From Phoronis australis (lineage: Eukaryota; Animalia; Phoronida): a DNA stretch of 64,000 nt. The position numbers and the translations under genes are program-made. The stretch is from contig NMRA01000399.1 of assembly GCA_002633005.1 (NCBI GenBank), positions 91,570 to 155,569 of the forward strand, written 5' to 3'. Under the pieces are notes generated by a model that ran no database searches, was not told the DNA's origin, and saw only the letters and a program-made list of their open reading frames with translations. Positions 36,115 through 50,361 of this stretch are shown one piece after another (position 1 is the stretch's first letter; every line of letters begins with the position of its first letter).

Positions 36115-37653
36115 TTTTATGAAACTTTAAAAGGTGCAAATTTTTCTGTTCCATGTCCAAACTTCATTTTTTGCTGACGGACATGTGATCTCAGAGCTTC
36201 TGCACACAGAAACGATTACGCAGACTAAAAATTTAGATTTGTGCAATTTTTATGAACATTACTATGAATATGAAATTTTTCTCGAGTCTATTAGTTTGGT
36301 TATCAAGTGGCAAGCTGACAATGTTAATAGCTCCGCCACTGACTTCATAATGATAAATGGTGCGTATTGAGTGCATTGTGTAATCTGTTTTGTATTGCAG
36401 CCCAGAATAGACGACGTGTTATTTGCGTCATCGTTATCAAGTGAGTTTTGATCACTAGTGTCAAGAATTTATTGTTTTAGTGGCAAGTTTTTCGTTGTCC
36501 TGTCATTCCGTGTAACTCGGTTCTCATGATACAGGCCCTAGTTTCAACAGTAAATTGTTTGAAGCGTTATTTTTTGACAAAATGTTAGTTAAAGGCAGCT
36601 TTATATAACAAGGCAAGGCATTGTTATTTTTTCACAAAACTTTAATATTTAATAACACCAAACATCTAGCAGTTATGAGATTGTCCATCACTGTACACGA
36701 CTAGTAAGACGGAAATAGAATACCCCCGCATGACATTAAATCCTGGCTATACCACGAGTCTATCTGAGTAATGATTAGTTAACAGTGATAGTTGTTAGAC
36801 CTCTCCTTAAGACTCAAGTCAGAAATATTGACGCAGGATACCACTTCATAATTGCCGAATTCATTGATAACTGCTGGCCCATCACTGAAATACATCGTAA
36901 AAATTAACCGAGCAGCATACAGCCATGGGTACATTTTCAGATACCTTGAATGTACTTTTGTGAGATAAAATTTAGTTATTTAGTAGTTATATGGAGCATC
37001 AACACAACATTTCTGACTTGAGTCATAAAACAGAACATGGGTCTTCAACAAGTTGAAGAATAAATAAAGTTCCCTATTTTACAATTCATTTACAACTGTG
37101 TAATAACTTATCTAAATTGTGTTTAATTTACTATTTTCTTGTTCATTACATACTCCATAAATTTAATATCAGTCGAGGTTTGGATTTTCAAGCACGTGTT
37201 TTGGATCAACATGGAGCTCCGATAGCCAGACAATTCATGCTGAACACATAAACCTGTCTTTGAACAACAAAACATCTTGTTACTAGAGTGTATTATTTTG
37301 CACCCAGTCTCCTGAACCAATACCACGGATCCTTTGTCACAGTTGTCATGTGACTCTCACAACTTGTCATGTGACTCTCACAACTTCTCTCAACGCCTCT
37401 ACTCTAGACGCCTAAACTTTTTTCAGGGATATGTTTCATGAAAAGTGGCGTTAGAAAATTGGTCTTACACTACACACAACTACTTCAAAAAATAATTTAA
37501 TCTAACTTAAGCAAAACCTCTCTTACAATGTACCTATAACTACTAGTTATTACGGTAATTTCTATAAGTTATTTTGCAAGCTGTGCTGAGCTCATAATTA
37601 CATTGTGAAGTTGGAGCACAAGAACACATTTATGTGTGAAGTCTCTTTTCATA

Positions 37654-37778
37654 ACACAGGCCCCATGTGAATGACACAGGCCCCATGTGAATGACACAGG
37701 CCCCATGTGAATGACACAGGCCCCATGTGAATGACACAGGCCCCATGTGAATGACACAGGCCCCATGCGAATGACACA
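37654..37778. repeat. 20-bp minisatellite, 6 copies
   Basis: Unit ACACAGGCCCCATGTGAATG. Confidence 0.94.
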
Positions 37779-39110
37779 ATCTTTAATGGCCAACTTATGG
37801 AGCCGGCTCTTACTAAGTACACAAGACATTCTTCCCAGTAAGTAAAGATAGAGGCTAATTCTATAGTAGTAGGTGTCAAAGTTCTTAACTTAGAATTGAA
37901 AGTACAGGCCGACGCTTCGGGGTTGTAAAGTTGAGCTGTGTGTCTACATACTTCTTCAATATGAAGAAGAAAACATGGCTTTAAAAATTTCCACGATAAC
38001 ATCAACTTCAATGGCTCATGAACTGATACTAAACTAAAATAGATTTGTTAAGAGACTTGAAAATGACCATGAGAGGGCTCTGACTGCAGCTAAGGCAATC
38101 ATTGTAAAGTAACAAGAACCCATCTTTACATTTGAGATCAGTTTTGTGCTCTTCTAAAGTTGCATTTTACAAGTCCAAGCCAACTTTTACTGTTTACAAG
38201 ATGGTTCGAGGACGGCGATCTTTGGCTACAACAAACGTATAAGAAGAGTTTGCTGTAACACAGTTCAACTGTACACAGCTCTGATAACGTTCAAAGGCAT
38301 TTACTTTCAACACAACCGATGTTTGGCATACTTAACAGTCCAGCTGCCATATCTAAAATGGATAAATCTACAACAACTAACAGACACTGTTCAATAGAAT
38401 TGCCATGAATATCAACAATTATGAAAAATCTCTACACAAAAATTTATTGAGGTTGTTTCTAAGATCCAAACACATCGACACAAATATCTGACAGCAGAGC
38501 AATGGGATCAAAATCATAGCAACACAATCTTGTCGCATTAACAATTTTTTAAGATTTTCTAATTTGAGAACTCAACATTTCTAATGTTACACAATTTCAC
38601 AGACTATAGACTGGGTGAAGTGCATTGATGGATCCTAAGACTAGATTTGCTAAGACAAACTTGTTTTGAAGTTAGCCTTAGGAAGTGAAGTGGGTTGCGT
38701 CATTGTTCATACAATGAAAAATTATCATCAAAGCCTTGATTTACGACTACATCACAACAGATTTTTGTTTTTCCCTCGGTCACTGTGGACTACAGCACAA
38801 AATTGTCCGTCTCTTTCAACTTAGGGTTAAGATAGTTGGACATCACATGTTTCAACAAGTTGTATAACATTGTAAAGCAGAGGTTGAAATGCACCAGGTG
38901 GCACTAGTGAGACAACCCGACGAAGCATACAGGCATTAGGCGATTACATGGCGACATGTTCATGCTGTGTGTGTATACCGCAGTGCCTGAAAAAGGCACA
39001 TTTGGCCTCATATTTACTAGATATCACAGAAGTTGGGAATTCATACACTAACACTCCGTGTGCAAATCAGATCTAATAATTTGAGTAGGTTCTCTAAAAT
39101 GTAGAATCAT

Positions 39111-39194
39111 TAAACAGTACATGTAAACAGTACATGTAAACAGTACATGTAAACAGTACATGTAAACAGTACATGTAAACAGTACATGTAAACA
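39111..39194. repeat. 13-bp minisatellite, 6 copies
   Basis: Unit AAACAGTACATGT. Confidence 0.93.
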
Positions 39195-39651
39195 CACTGT
39201 ACCAAAGCTTAAACTTTCTGCAAACTCATCCATGGGTATAGTTGAGGGAAGCATTGTTCCATCCACGCATGTGGGGATAACTCCAAAGACACTATACAAC
39301 AGATGCTCCCTGCTCATTTTCTGCCACAGTGAAGTCTAAACAGAAGTAAATTTCACTCAACATTTCATCACGTCATCACATCTTTGGTTTATCTGAGAAT
39401 GTTTAGTGTTCAATCATCGTTCGTTTCACTACTGCACCATTTCCATTGATATAAGTTTGCAAGAAGCAAATACATGAAAACAGTCCTTAAATTGGCAACA
39501 ACTTTCTCCGGAAGTTAATTGCAATTAACAACGAAAAAACATCATCCTTCGACCGGTAGTTAGATTATTAATGGAGGGAGGCCATCTTGCAACCCTGGAT
39601 TCCACTCCAAACTCTTCCAACCGTTTTCACCAACATGTCATCATTATTAGC

Positions 39652-39882
39652 TCAACTCAGAACTGCTTTGGCCGTTGCCGGTGATGTCGCAACGCCGATG
39701 GTTGGTGACATTGGTTGGTGACCTTTAAGTAGTTTCTGATACACCTCGGAGCGGAGAAAACGCGGATAAGAGTCCTTCTCCATGAGCGCCTGTATCCGAT
39801 GCTGGGCATGGTCAAATGTGCTACGATCGGGGTTACTGATACCCTGTATAGCGGACAAGCGTGTCTTGGAGTCTAAATTCAC
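39652..39882 (-). CDS. RGS3: RGS3-like protein, last exon (C-terminal half of the RGS domain)
   Basis: VNLDSKTR...FDHAQHRIQALMEKDSYPRFLRSEVY. Acceptor TTCACAG|GTG, phase 0. Confidence 0.93.
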   Translation of the reverse strand: MNLDSKTRLSAIQGISNPDRSTFDHAQHRIQALMEKDSYPRFLRSEVYQKLLKGHQPMSPTIGVATSPATAKAVLS

Positions 39883-40486
39883 CTGTGAAGAGCAATTAAT
39901 ACTACCATACACCTGAATGATTATCTTCTCATTCCTATTGCTATTTTCTATTACATATTCTGGACTTTGATTACGCTCAGGTTTCTTTAATTTAAAACAT
40001 AATATGATGGAACAGTGAAAATTATTTTATAAAACGTTTTGAACAAACTTAAGGTAAACGAGAATAAAACATCAGAGCATTATTTGCAAGTGGATACTGT
40101 AGAGCTACCATCAACCAATACATTGCAGAGAGCTTTTGAAGAATGGAAAAACAAGAATTTTGGAAACTGTTCTAGTTCGAATTTTACCTTAACACTGACT
40201 CCATAGTGTTCTATATGGAATTTGTTATTAGAGTTTTGAGAATTTTGATAAATTTGCATTTCCCTCCGTTTTGAAGGTTAAAAATGAAAATCAAAAATTG
40301 GCTTGTTTACTCTTTTAAAGCAGTTTTATAACATTCCTTAGCATGACAGGTTTCAATTTCCATCACCGAATCAAGTCACAGGCCATTTTCAAATGGGGTT
40401 GGCCAGCCGCATTTTGTCGAGTTGTTGACTGTTTCAATGGTCTCGTAACTTCTTCATTATGTTCTGAATGACAACATGGTTTCAAT

Positions 40487-41771
40487 ACAAGAGCAACGCA
40501 GAGCGTTGAAATGCGCCCACAATTGCACCGTATACGGTATACTTCTAGGGTTGTTTATTGGTACCATATAGTGGCCAGTAGGGGGCATATATGTAGTATG
40601 TTGTACTTTGCAAAATGGAAAGGCATGGTCATTGTCTCCTCAATAGGCTAGGGGCAAAATGTGAGTGATCTTCATAATACAAGCACATCCTATACATCAG
40701 TTGCTTAAAGCACCACAAAAACATAGAATTAAAAACAAATTTACCACCATAAATTTAGTAAAGATCCTGCAAACGGTTTGGGAGATACACCCATGGGCGC
40801 AAAAAAAAACTGCCACTAGGAGGCGCCACAGTAATCAAAGTCATCTGGGAAATTCAGCGTCAACCGTCCTCTTCATAGTAAGATCATACATGCCCAATTT
40901 TCACAATCATACTTAGAGTGGTTTGGTTGATAGAGGGGTGGACGCCAAAAAACAGACTAAAAAACAGTAAAAATGGCTACTGCGTGTCGCAAACTAGGTC
41001 GAATCCATCCGAAAACGGGAGGATAGCATCAACGCACTAATAGGTGCCTACATACCAAATTTCATGAAAATCCGTTAAGGACTTTTGAAGATACAAAGGT
41101 AAACGTAAAAAAATAAAATTGCCACTAGGGGGCACACTGGTAGTCGGATCCGTCCAAAAGTCGTCATCGTCTGTTGTTAACATCATATAAATACACTTAT
41201 TAAATTTCGTAAAGATCCTGCGAACGGTTTAGGAGATACAGCCATAGGCGCAAAAAAAAAACTGCCACTAGGAGGCGCCACAGTAGTCCAAATCGTCTGA
41301 AAATCATTGTCAGCTGTCCTCTTTATAGTAAGCACATACATGCCAATTTTCACAATCATCCTTTGAGCGGTTTGGTTGATAGAGGGGTGGACGCACAAAA
41401 ACAGACTCGAAAACACTAAAAATGGCCACTAGGTGGCGCAAACTATGTCGAATCCATCTGAAAACGGGAGGATAGCGTCATCTCACTAATAGGTGCCTAC
41501 ATACCAAATTTCATGAAAATCCGTTCAGGACTTTTGAAGATACAAAGGTAAGCGTAAAAAACTAAAATTGCCACTAGGGGGCACACCGGTAGTCGGATCC
41601 GTCCAAAAGTTCGCACATGCCGTCCCATTCATGAATGGAGCATATGTGCCAAATTTCATGAACGTATGTCAAAGGGTTTTGGAGATAGAGCAGCGGACGC
41701 CGCCCGCCCGTACAGACGGACGGAGATGACGGCATAATGCGTCCACATATAAATATGTGGGCGCATAAAAA
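40487..41771. mobile_element. Helentron/DINE-1-like non-autonomous element with an internal tandem duplication of about 450 bp
   Basis: Start ACAAGAG with hairpin CAACGC..GCGTTG and sub-terminal ATGCGCCCAC. End has (GACG)n, stem-loop ATGCGTCCACATAT-AA-ATATGTGGGCGCAT and an A run. CCACTAGGNGGC and CCAAATTTCATGAA motifs recur. Confidence 0.8.
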
Positions 41772-42298
41772 TGATACGTTACACTTATTTATGAACAGTC
41801 GACAGATTTAACGACCCTCACTATGTCAGAGAACAGCGGAGAATAACTGCTAGAAAATGAAATAGGGTTTCCATTCAAGATCACCAAATTTTAGAGAATG
41901 ACCTTGTTTTAATTATTTTCACTTCTTTGCTTTTTGACTGAGAAGTGGGGAGAGAGCCTGACAATATGAACTCAAATATTCGAACTCTGTTTTGAAGAAT
42001 AAGGTGATGATTAGGATTATGATTAAGTCATTATATGCAAAACCCACTAAGTCAAACTATTGTGTGGGAGCACAACTGAACCACAGCTAATTTCTATTCC
42101 CTGGTTCCCAAAAAATAGACTGATCATAAAAGTACATGCATTAATTTTGTTGTGTTGCATCAATCAGAACCCAACCAGGAAGAGTATTTATCACTTGATT
42201 ATCCATTACTCCCAATGATGCACTAATCACCCACAAGGGGATCAGCTTCTATCAGGGTTGGCAAAGTGCTAATTAGATTCAAGGCAAATTGTTCTCAC

Positions 42299-42465
42299 TT
42301 CTCTAGGTGACTGCACGGCTACAAACTCTGAGTAAATCTGCTGCGCGCGTCCATTCAGTTTGCTTGTCTTCACGCAGCTACGGTACTCCTCGCAGGCAAT
42401 CCAGAAGTCAATGTTCTCGTCGCTGAACTCGGTTCGTAGAAAGCCGCGGAACAGGGCCAACCCAT
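42299..42465 (-). CDS. RGS3: RGS3-like protein, RGS-domain exon
   Basis: YGLALFRGFLRTEFSDENIDFWIACEEY...IYSEFVAVQSPRE. Boundaries CAACAG| and GAA|GTGAGA. Confidence 0.95.
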
Positions 42466-42991
42466 CTGTTGAGAGACGATATATATTATGTGGTGTAAAT
42501 GGCACTGATACAATGTGACTGTGCTAGCTACTGTAAACCTGACTTGTACTAGAAACAAACCTTTCATGAGTTAGACCATGACTGCATGCCACCTCACTCA
42601 AATCAGAACCACCAATTTCAGGACTTGGGAGAATTGACAAGGCATTGATGCTCGAACCATGCCTTGATCAGTTGGCTGGTCCCAGAGGGTCATTTTATGT
42701 CCCCAAAAATGTGCGTCGTGCTTTGTTTGAATTCAAACATAACACACCATACAATGATTTAAAAGTGAAATACAACACCACACCTCTTATTGCCAAGGAA
42801 CCCCCATGCCACACAATCAGTGTCTATAGTTGGGTGGTAAGGATCTTTGCTGCAATGCTGGTACTAGATGTTCATGAGCAGCGTGGCCAAAGGTTTGTAA
42901 TTGCAGTATTGTATTGGAAGGCATTGTCCAATCAGTAACTAGCATAAAACTGTCTAGGACAGTCTTTCAAAGAAAAGATCCACCTGACACG

Positions 42992-43567
42992 TAGTTACAC
43001 CCCTCAGTGTAACAGTATAGTTACACCCCTCAGTGTAGTGGTATAGTTACACCCCTCAGTGTAGCGGTATAGTTACACCCCTCAATGTAGCGGTATAGTT
43101 ACACCCCTCAGTGTAGCGGTATAGTTACACCCCTCAGTGTAGCGGTATAGTTACACCCCTCAGTGTAGCGGTATAGTTACACCCCTCAGTGTAGCGGTAT
43201 AGTTACACCCCTCAGTGTAGCGGTATAGTTACACCCCTCAGTGTAGCGGTATAGTTACACCCCTCAGTGTAGCGGTATAGTTACACCCCTCAGTGTAGCG
43301 GTATAGTTACACCCCTCAGTGTAGCGGTATAGTTACACCCCTCAGTGTAGCGGTATAGTTACACCCCTCAGTGTAGCGGTATAGTTACACCCCTCAGTGT
43401 AGCGGTATAGTTACACCCCTCAGTGTAGCGGTATAGTTACACCCCTCAGTGTAGCGGTATAGTTACACCCCTCAGTGTAGTGGTATAGTTACACCCCTCA
43501 GTGTAGTGGTATAGTTACACCCCTCAGTGTAGTGGTATAGTTACACCCCTCAGTGTAGTGGTATAGT
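42992..43567. repeat. 26-bp minisatellite, about 22 highly homogeneous copies
   Basis: Unit AGTTACACCCCTCAGTGTAGCGGTAT. Confidence 0.97.
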
Positions 43568-44825
43568 CCTGACAGAACCACATGACATACTCCCCCATTC
43601 AGATCTCACTACATTTGTCACTGCACAAGGTACCCACTCATCCAAGGCTTTACAGCAAACAGGTGGCACTAAATTGCACCAATCACGTGGTTTGTTGCAT
43701 TATCGCTATATAAGAGAGATCGAGGTCTAAATCCTGCCACAACAAAGTAACCATTCATGTATAATACTTGTCAAGTCAAGGGGGGTTGGTGGCGGCAGTC
43801 GCTTTAGCGGCAGTACACGCCTGGTTTTGCAATGGAGGTGGCTTTTAGAGGTGGTGGCTGGGGATGTTTTTCTTCTCGAGGGCAGACTGTTCAAAAGCCT
43901 CAGTCGGTATGTTTTCGGGTTTGCTTTGTCGTAACACAGCAGTATCAGAAAAGTCAGAAATGAATTTTAATTCATTTGACATAAAAGTCAAAATGTGTGG
44001 TCAGCTAGTGTCTACTTGATGAATTTTCCAAATTGAGACCTAATTAAGGTGAAAGTATGGAATCAGTGTATTTCCGGGATTCAGTCATATTGACAAGGTG
44101 CCCGCGGGTGTGTACCAATAATTGCGTGTAGGCGGTACTTTTTCAACAAGTTTTGTGAAACCCGGCTGCGCGAGGTCAAGAATAGGCCCCTAATTTTCCA
44201 TTTCATCTTTGCAAAAGGCCTACTGCATTGGCCTCAACCCCTGGCAAATGGTGCACTGGCCGACTTCCTACAGAGTGCCCCTGAAAAAGGTGTGAATTAT
44301 ATATGCAGAAAATCACAAAAATCGCAACGAGTCTATCAACGTTGAAGGCTGACGGTCAGGTTATCTGATTACCCGGTATAAATGGCATGATTGCTTAAAA
44401 GCAGCACTACCTGTTAGCGAAGCAGGATATTACACATAACGCCACCTGGTTGCGGTAAAGCCTTGGATGAGTGAGGTACCTTTAGCTTCGTCACTCTGAT
44501 AAGTGGAGGTGTGCACAAGTTAAGACGCCCCCTTGTGTTGCTCAGGCAGGTTACACAATAGTTGGCACATTTAACAAAGGAATGGCAGTTGCAAAGCACA
44601 GTATTTCTGTTTTCTTTGGTAAAATTGTTGTTTGCCAAAATCATGGAAAAGTTCAATGTTGCTGCAAACAAGCAGTAGTTACCACTGACAGCCATCTCTG
44701 TTCCCTAACCCCCAAACACAAGTCTGTTATAAAAGTCCAAGTGCTGTGGTCAGTGCCTATTGTAATCCCAAGGGGAAAGAGACAATAGCCATGGCTGGAA
44801 ATGCTAAGTAGCCCCAGGGGGGGGG

Positions 44826-45072
44826 GGGGCTGTTTCATGGAAAGATACTAAAGACTGAAGTTTGGTCTTGCGCTCCAGGTAACTATTTCTGGAAAATAAT
44901 TAAATCTCACTTGAGCAAAGGTGAAGCGTCTCTGAAAACACATGGATAACTTGAGATAATTTCTATACAGATGTGATATGCTCATAACTACTAGTCCAAC
45001 TGAACCTTTATTCAGGAATTGTGAAGTGGAAATGTAAAACCAAATTTCTGTGTTTCATGAGTGCCATGGCCT
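44826..45072. mobile_element. MITE of the same family as 19131-19927, without the minisatellite array
   Basis: Shared AAAATAATTAAATCTCACTT, GTCTCTGA, AATTGTGAAGTGG and CAAATTTCTGT blocks, and a GGGCTGTTTCATG end. Confidence 0.65.
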
Positions 45073-45112
45073 TGGGTGATTTTGTTTATTATGGGTTTCG
45101 AATGATAATAGC

Positions 45113-45530
45113 CGTTCCGATTACATGGCGATAAAACTTTTTTGTGCCGGAGACAAGAAAACGTCTGACCTCATTTTGAAAATCAGGCAGTTTTCGTGTC
45201 TCTTTGATGCGGGAAGGCGAAGAATTTCAGATCACAGGTAATTGTCCTGTCTATCAAACTTTCTTATGTCGGAGTTGTACCCCAGCAGCAATACAAGTTC
45301 GCTGGCATTGGAAAGACGAATAAAAGTAATGCAACAGAGAAGAACTTGTAAAGAATCAGACAACAAATAATGTGTGCATGAATAGTTGATCGAAAACGAG
45401 GCAGCAAATGTGCCTGACGAATGTTTATGACATTTTGGGTAATCACAGTGAGATTCGACTGTCATCATGATGGTGTAATTAGGGACGGCTCTATAACCCA
45501 GAGTTGAGTTAAACCCACATTGTGTTGTCA
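45113..45530. repeat. Dispersed repeat, copy B (copy A at about 2700-3108)
   Basis: Colinear homology blocks with copy A. Confidence 0.8.
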
Positions 45531-45705
45531 TGAGGATCCATGGTTATGATTGGAAAACCAGTGTCCACCTTCATAATGGGCCAAACATATGCAACAAAAT
45601 ACAGCAGGATAACATATAAATAATCTCCTGTCCAAATAGTTTTTCCAGCCTATCTGCAACATGGCCGCCTCATCGTCCTTAGTAATCACAATGGCCTATA
45701 CTTAC

Positions 45706-45833
45706 ATTTGTCGTAGAGAAGGTTGTCAAATGATCGTCCCCATGACTGAATGTTCTCCAAAGATGGCTGAACCAGCACAGAGTCCGTGTTCCGACGTCTG
45801 AGAAACTGTAACTTTTGCTTCATATTTTTGGAT
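45706..45833 (-). CDS. RGS3: RGS3-like protein, exon preceding and entering the RGS domain
   Basis: SKNMKQKLQFLRRRNTDS...PSLENIQSWGRSFDNLLYDK resembles RGS3 KDMKNKLGIFRRRNES (recalled). Boundaries TTTTTAG| and T|GTAAGT. Phases 2/1 fit. Confidence 0.9.
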
Positions 45834-47092
45834 CTAAAAAGATGATAGCTACACTTTTTGGAAACTGCTTCACACATGTCAGCAGATCAACTGTTTTGAG
45901 ATTGTGCTGGTAGGTAATGTTGGACAACAAATTTAAGTTACCGGCAGAAGGCCCACTCGCACAATTACCGAGATGCTGTAGTCTTTGGAAAATTCTAATT
46001 TGTTAGTTGCAGGTAATACTGGTCAATAGACCATTTGATATAGAAAGAAACAAACTCCTGATCGAGACATCTCACTGACTCTTAATGAATGTTCTACAGA
46101 CGCATATAATGAGTCATGTCCGGGAACAATAATGGAGAAACTTAATGATGTTCAATTTTAGCTGACTCAGCGTGTTGTTACAAAATGACATCAGGTGCTA
46201 TGCACGGATATCTTGTATGTTCTTAATTGCAATATTAATAATGACAATTATGTAGAGTACCTCACAACTATGGTAGAAAGTCGTCACTAGACTGAAAAAA
46301 TATTTTGCTCGAGGTCAGAGCATGTACCAAATTCAAGAATTACGCTCAGTGACAAATGATTATTCATCTTGACGTTATTCAAAAGGTTGGAAACGGAAGC
46401 TATTTTCAACGATTTTATGAGCTGGCAAGTCTATTTTTAGATGCTGTCGATACAAAAGACCATGTCCTAATTTATGAATTTTTGCTTACCAATTTTATGG
46501 ACTGTCCCAAACTAGAGAATGTTTATTGTAACGTTTTAAAAAAATTTGTTTTCTTTATGATCTAAATTTTAGACCATTCTATTATTCATTTCTATTTGCA
46601 ATAGGCTGTCATCAGCCACCTGATTGGGTGATTATCCATTCACAGGACATGCTGTGTGGGATGTAAATGGTACTACCTTTAGTGAATTAGTGAGACATGT
46701 ATTAATTGGAAGTTTGGAAGTTTGATGTTTTTAAGTATTTCGACCGTGGTGAGTAGATGTCATGACTACTTCAGATGGTCCATGATGACAAAAATGGATT
46801 ATGACTGTCAGGTGTCATTGTAATAAAGGGATGTGTTGTGGTTTTCAAATATTCCCCATCCCACCATTTTAAACCCTTCATAATCAAGTTTCTTTAACTG
46901 CGATGACTGATACGTCAATTTACATCGAGAGGTCTCATAAAATGATTATTAGTTAAAGGGACATGCTGAATTTTAAGGCTGAAATACACAGTTTGGGGAT
47001 TATGGTTGATGGGACTGCACGTTTAAATAATATTTATAATGATAACGATAGTAATAATAAGATTAAGAAGAATGAAGAAAATGACAACTCAC

Positions 47093-47895
47093 ATTGATGA
47101 TTTTTTTTTCCGAGACATCACATCCACCTCGTCAAACTCTGTTTTTGCACTACTACACTCTCCCGCCGAACTCTTCTTTACAAGTTTATGATCGCCTGAC
47201 ATCGAGTCGGCCGAATTCTTTTTCTTCAAGAACAAAGCATGTGCTGGTATATCCTTAGTCGACGCAGCACTATGACTTCGCCTTAGGGGCTGTAGCATCT
47301 TCCTAAACCTCTGTTTACGAGCCTCTCGACTATCTTTTGGGGCAGGTGATCGTGGCGGTTTGCATTTAGAGTCACTCATATCATTATCAGATCCAGAGTC
47401 AGATGGACCGAATGTAAAACGAACATTCTTTCCGCTGTCCTGCGATGGAGACTTGGGACTTGGTGACGGAGACTCTGTGACAAGGAAGGACTTCTGTTCA
47501 CTTGGCAACGGAGACGTTGTGTGCCTACGTCGTACAATTTTGTGCTCATTTGCATTAGCGTCCCGTAACGCCGGAGATCTTACAACACTGTCCGAGTTGA
47601 ATCGACTTTTGTATCTTTTGTCCTTTTCATGTTTAGTCCGGCATTTTTCGGTAAATTCTGTTGACAGCACCTCCTGTTGGTAGCTCACTGATCTACTGGT
47701 CCAGACTTCATCCTCCAAATCGTCCGATTGACAGCTGAGACCATTCTCAGCACTTGATTGACTCATGATCTCAGTCTTCTCCACATGTATGTGTGGAATA
47801 GGACTCTGGTTGGCCTTGTGAAAGTAGTGCTGCAGCTTTTCATTCTCCAATGTGCGAGAGTTCCAGTCTCCCGAGGGATCAGCCAAAGGGAGACC
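47093..47895 (-). CDS. RGS3: RGS3-like protein, 803-nt Ser-rich, probably disordered exon
   Basis: Longest non-repetitive ORF in the window. Acceptor TTTTGCTTACAG|GGT (phase 0) and donor AT|GTGAGT (phase 2) splice in frame to 45833. Confidence 0.88.
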
Positions 47896-50186
47896 CTGTA
47901 AGCAAAATGACACAAGATGAAAACATGTTCAGCAATTCTTAAATTAGTTACACATCAAATTATTGCAAACTCACTCCAATTTTCTTACGGCTGACATCAT
48001 AATCAAATTTTTTAGTAGATCCTGAGTTTTACGACAGCTACAGCCAACAAAAATAATTTCTAAAATTGCTATTTTCCATTTTCTACTGTGTTCCAACACT
48101 GCTGTGACTCCCCCCAACAGTTCTAAGTATTACCAGAACCAGCATTAATATGCCATTACATAACTTTCACACAAAAGTGAGAATAAAATTTCCCTTGATT
48201 ATGAAATTTGCCATAACTAAAAAAACTGTAACCACTAGATAAAAATTATCGCAGCTTAAATTATTCATGGTTTGTCAACAAATAACTGGACATTAAGTAT
48301 GGAAATTAAGTGATTATTAAGTAGTTTCAGCACAATCTTATGCCTGACAGTAAGACAATGATCACCAATTTAGCATTAAGTACAGGAAACCATGCAATTT
48401 TCTTAAAATTTCCCAGCGAAAATAAAAAATAAGACCTGGGAAAATTTGAAAATCTTCCAAGCCTTTGAATTATTAATAAACACATGCTTGAAACACACTT
48501 ATGTTCCTAGAATGATATTTCAAACAAAGGTCCTCGTGTTGCTTTGACATCAATGTGAAAAAAAGATAATTGAAACGCAGCTTCACAGGTGGACAATTTC
48601 AAGAAAAAAACACAGAGGAAATTGTCTACTGCTAACTCTGTTGGTATAACTCAGCAGAAATAGGGGAATGGCCACTGGGTGCTTGATGGATTACTGAATA
48701 TTGTGACCATGTGTCAGGACTCATAACAAACAGCGGAACCCGTCCATATGAGTGAAAGGATGAAGTAGCAGAGAATGGCAGATCTGCCAGTGGACAGACT
48801 GAAGCCCAACTTTTCATCCATTCTGTTGTATGGAGTATTTCCAGCCTTGGTTGATTAAAGAAAGACTCAAAGCAGTAAGGTACCAGCTATGTTGAAGGTG
48901 CTACTAGTCTTCCCATAGGTTTGTTTAATAATGCACTGTAGCAACATATGACCCAGGTTGTTTATTCAACGCCTTCCATTTGATCAAACACACACTAATT
49001 GTGGAAGCAAGAAATGATCTGGCAAATGCATTACAAGAGTCATATGAAGATTGTATTCAACAGTTTCTTTTGTAAAGGAATTGTGTATTAAAATAAAAAA
49101 GTTGAGTTCAAGGAGTCAGTCTCGTGGTTCAAGGAGCCAGCCTCATGGTCGACTCCTGCTGAGACATGAGCAATTAAAGTAAGTTGAGAGTTTTTAAACT
49201 TGCCACAAAAATATTTACAAAACTTGAGAGAAATCTTTCAACTTTCAAAGGCTTACAACATTGATGCAAATGTTCAAAATCTTTCAAAATCTCACTAAAT
49301 GTTCAAAATCTTCCTAAATGTTCAAAATCTTCCTAAATGTTCAAAACCTTACTAAATGTTTTGTGATGGCTATACCTGAGTGTACAGTGACTACGCTAAA
49401 GCGACAACGAATTACAATTGTCATTAAAAGCCTTTTTTCAGTATTTACAATTTCAACAAAATTTTGCTTTGTCTACCATATTGTAACTTGAAGAATTTTG
49501 CCATTAGTTCATGTACAAAGCATTAGCCACTAAATACACCAGTCACCACAGCAACCGTGACTCATACAGGTAACCTATTTGAAGCCCTAGTGGTTCAAAA
49601 CCAACTAGAACACCTCATGATGAGATCTCATCAACCTAATTAGTATCAGATGAGGATGCACCACACCCCAGCCTTGTAAAGCCATTAGTCCAGGCTCCTC
49701 TTTCTTGAACTCCAGTTGGCCAGTGTTTATTCCACAAGTGTAAACCACCAGGCATTCATTAAAACCACAATGACATCATGCTTGTCAGGAAGCCAGAAGA
49801 GACAGGTTAAGTGCCCACCATCAAATGTTGTGATAACATTGCCAAAAATTTCAATTTAAGAAAACCTCCCTTACCAGAAAGATTAAGGAAATTTAAATCA
49901 GAATCTAATTAAGGTGCTATTCAAATTGGTGGGAAAAAATCTCACTACTGTGAGAATGCAATGATAGTCAAGTGAGAATTGTTCAAGCTAATTCGCATAG
50001 CAATCCTACCTACAGTTAGAACTCATCTTTTGCAGATAACCATCCTCACTGAAAACCTCACTTAGTGAAATTCTCAATAGGTGAGATTTGAGAATTTTTT
50101 GTAAGCATTTTAGCCAATGATATTTGATGAAACTTCAAAGTTATTGTTAACCGGAATGATGCTCATGTTTGTGTGTTTGTCTTGAA

Positions 50187-50323
50187 ATTTGACTGCAGGT
50201 AAATTGACTACAGGTAAATTGACTACAGGTAATTTGACTACAGGTAATTTGACTACAGGTAATTTGACTACAGGTAATTTGACTACAGGTAATTTGACTA
50301 CAGGTAATTTGACTACAGGTAAT
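50187..50323. repeat. 15-bp minisatellite, 9 copies
   Basis: Unit TGACTACAGGTAATT. Confidence 0.94.
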
Positions 50324-50361
50324 CTTCATAAGCTCAACTTGATTATCAGCTTGACCTTTAA

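Noticed and set aside
42992-43567. Regular arrays resembling CRISPR (also 11066-11445, 19266-19800, 27171-27442)
   Set aside because: Head-to-tail units with no unique spacers, no cas genes, and a spliceosomal-intron context.
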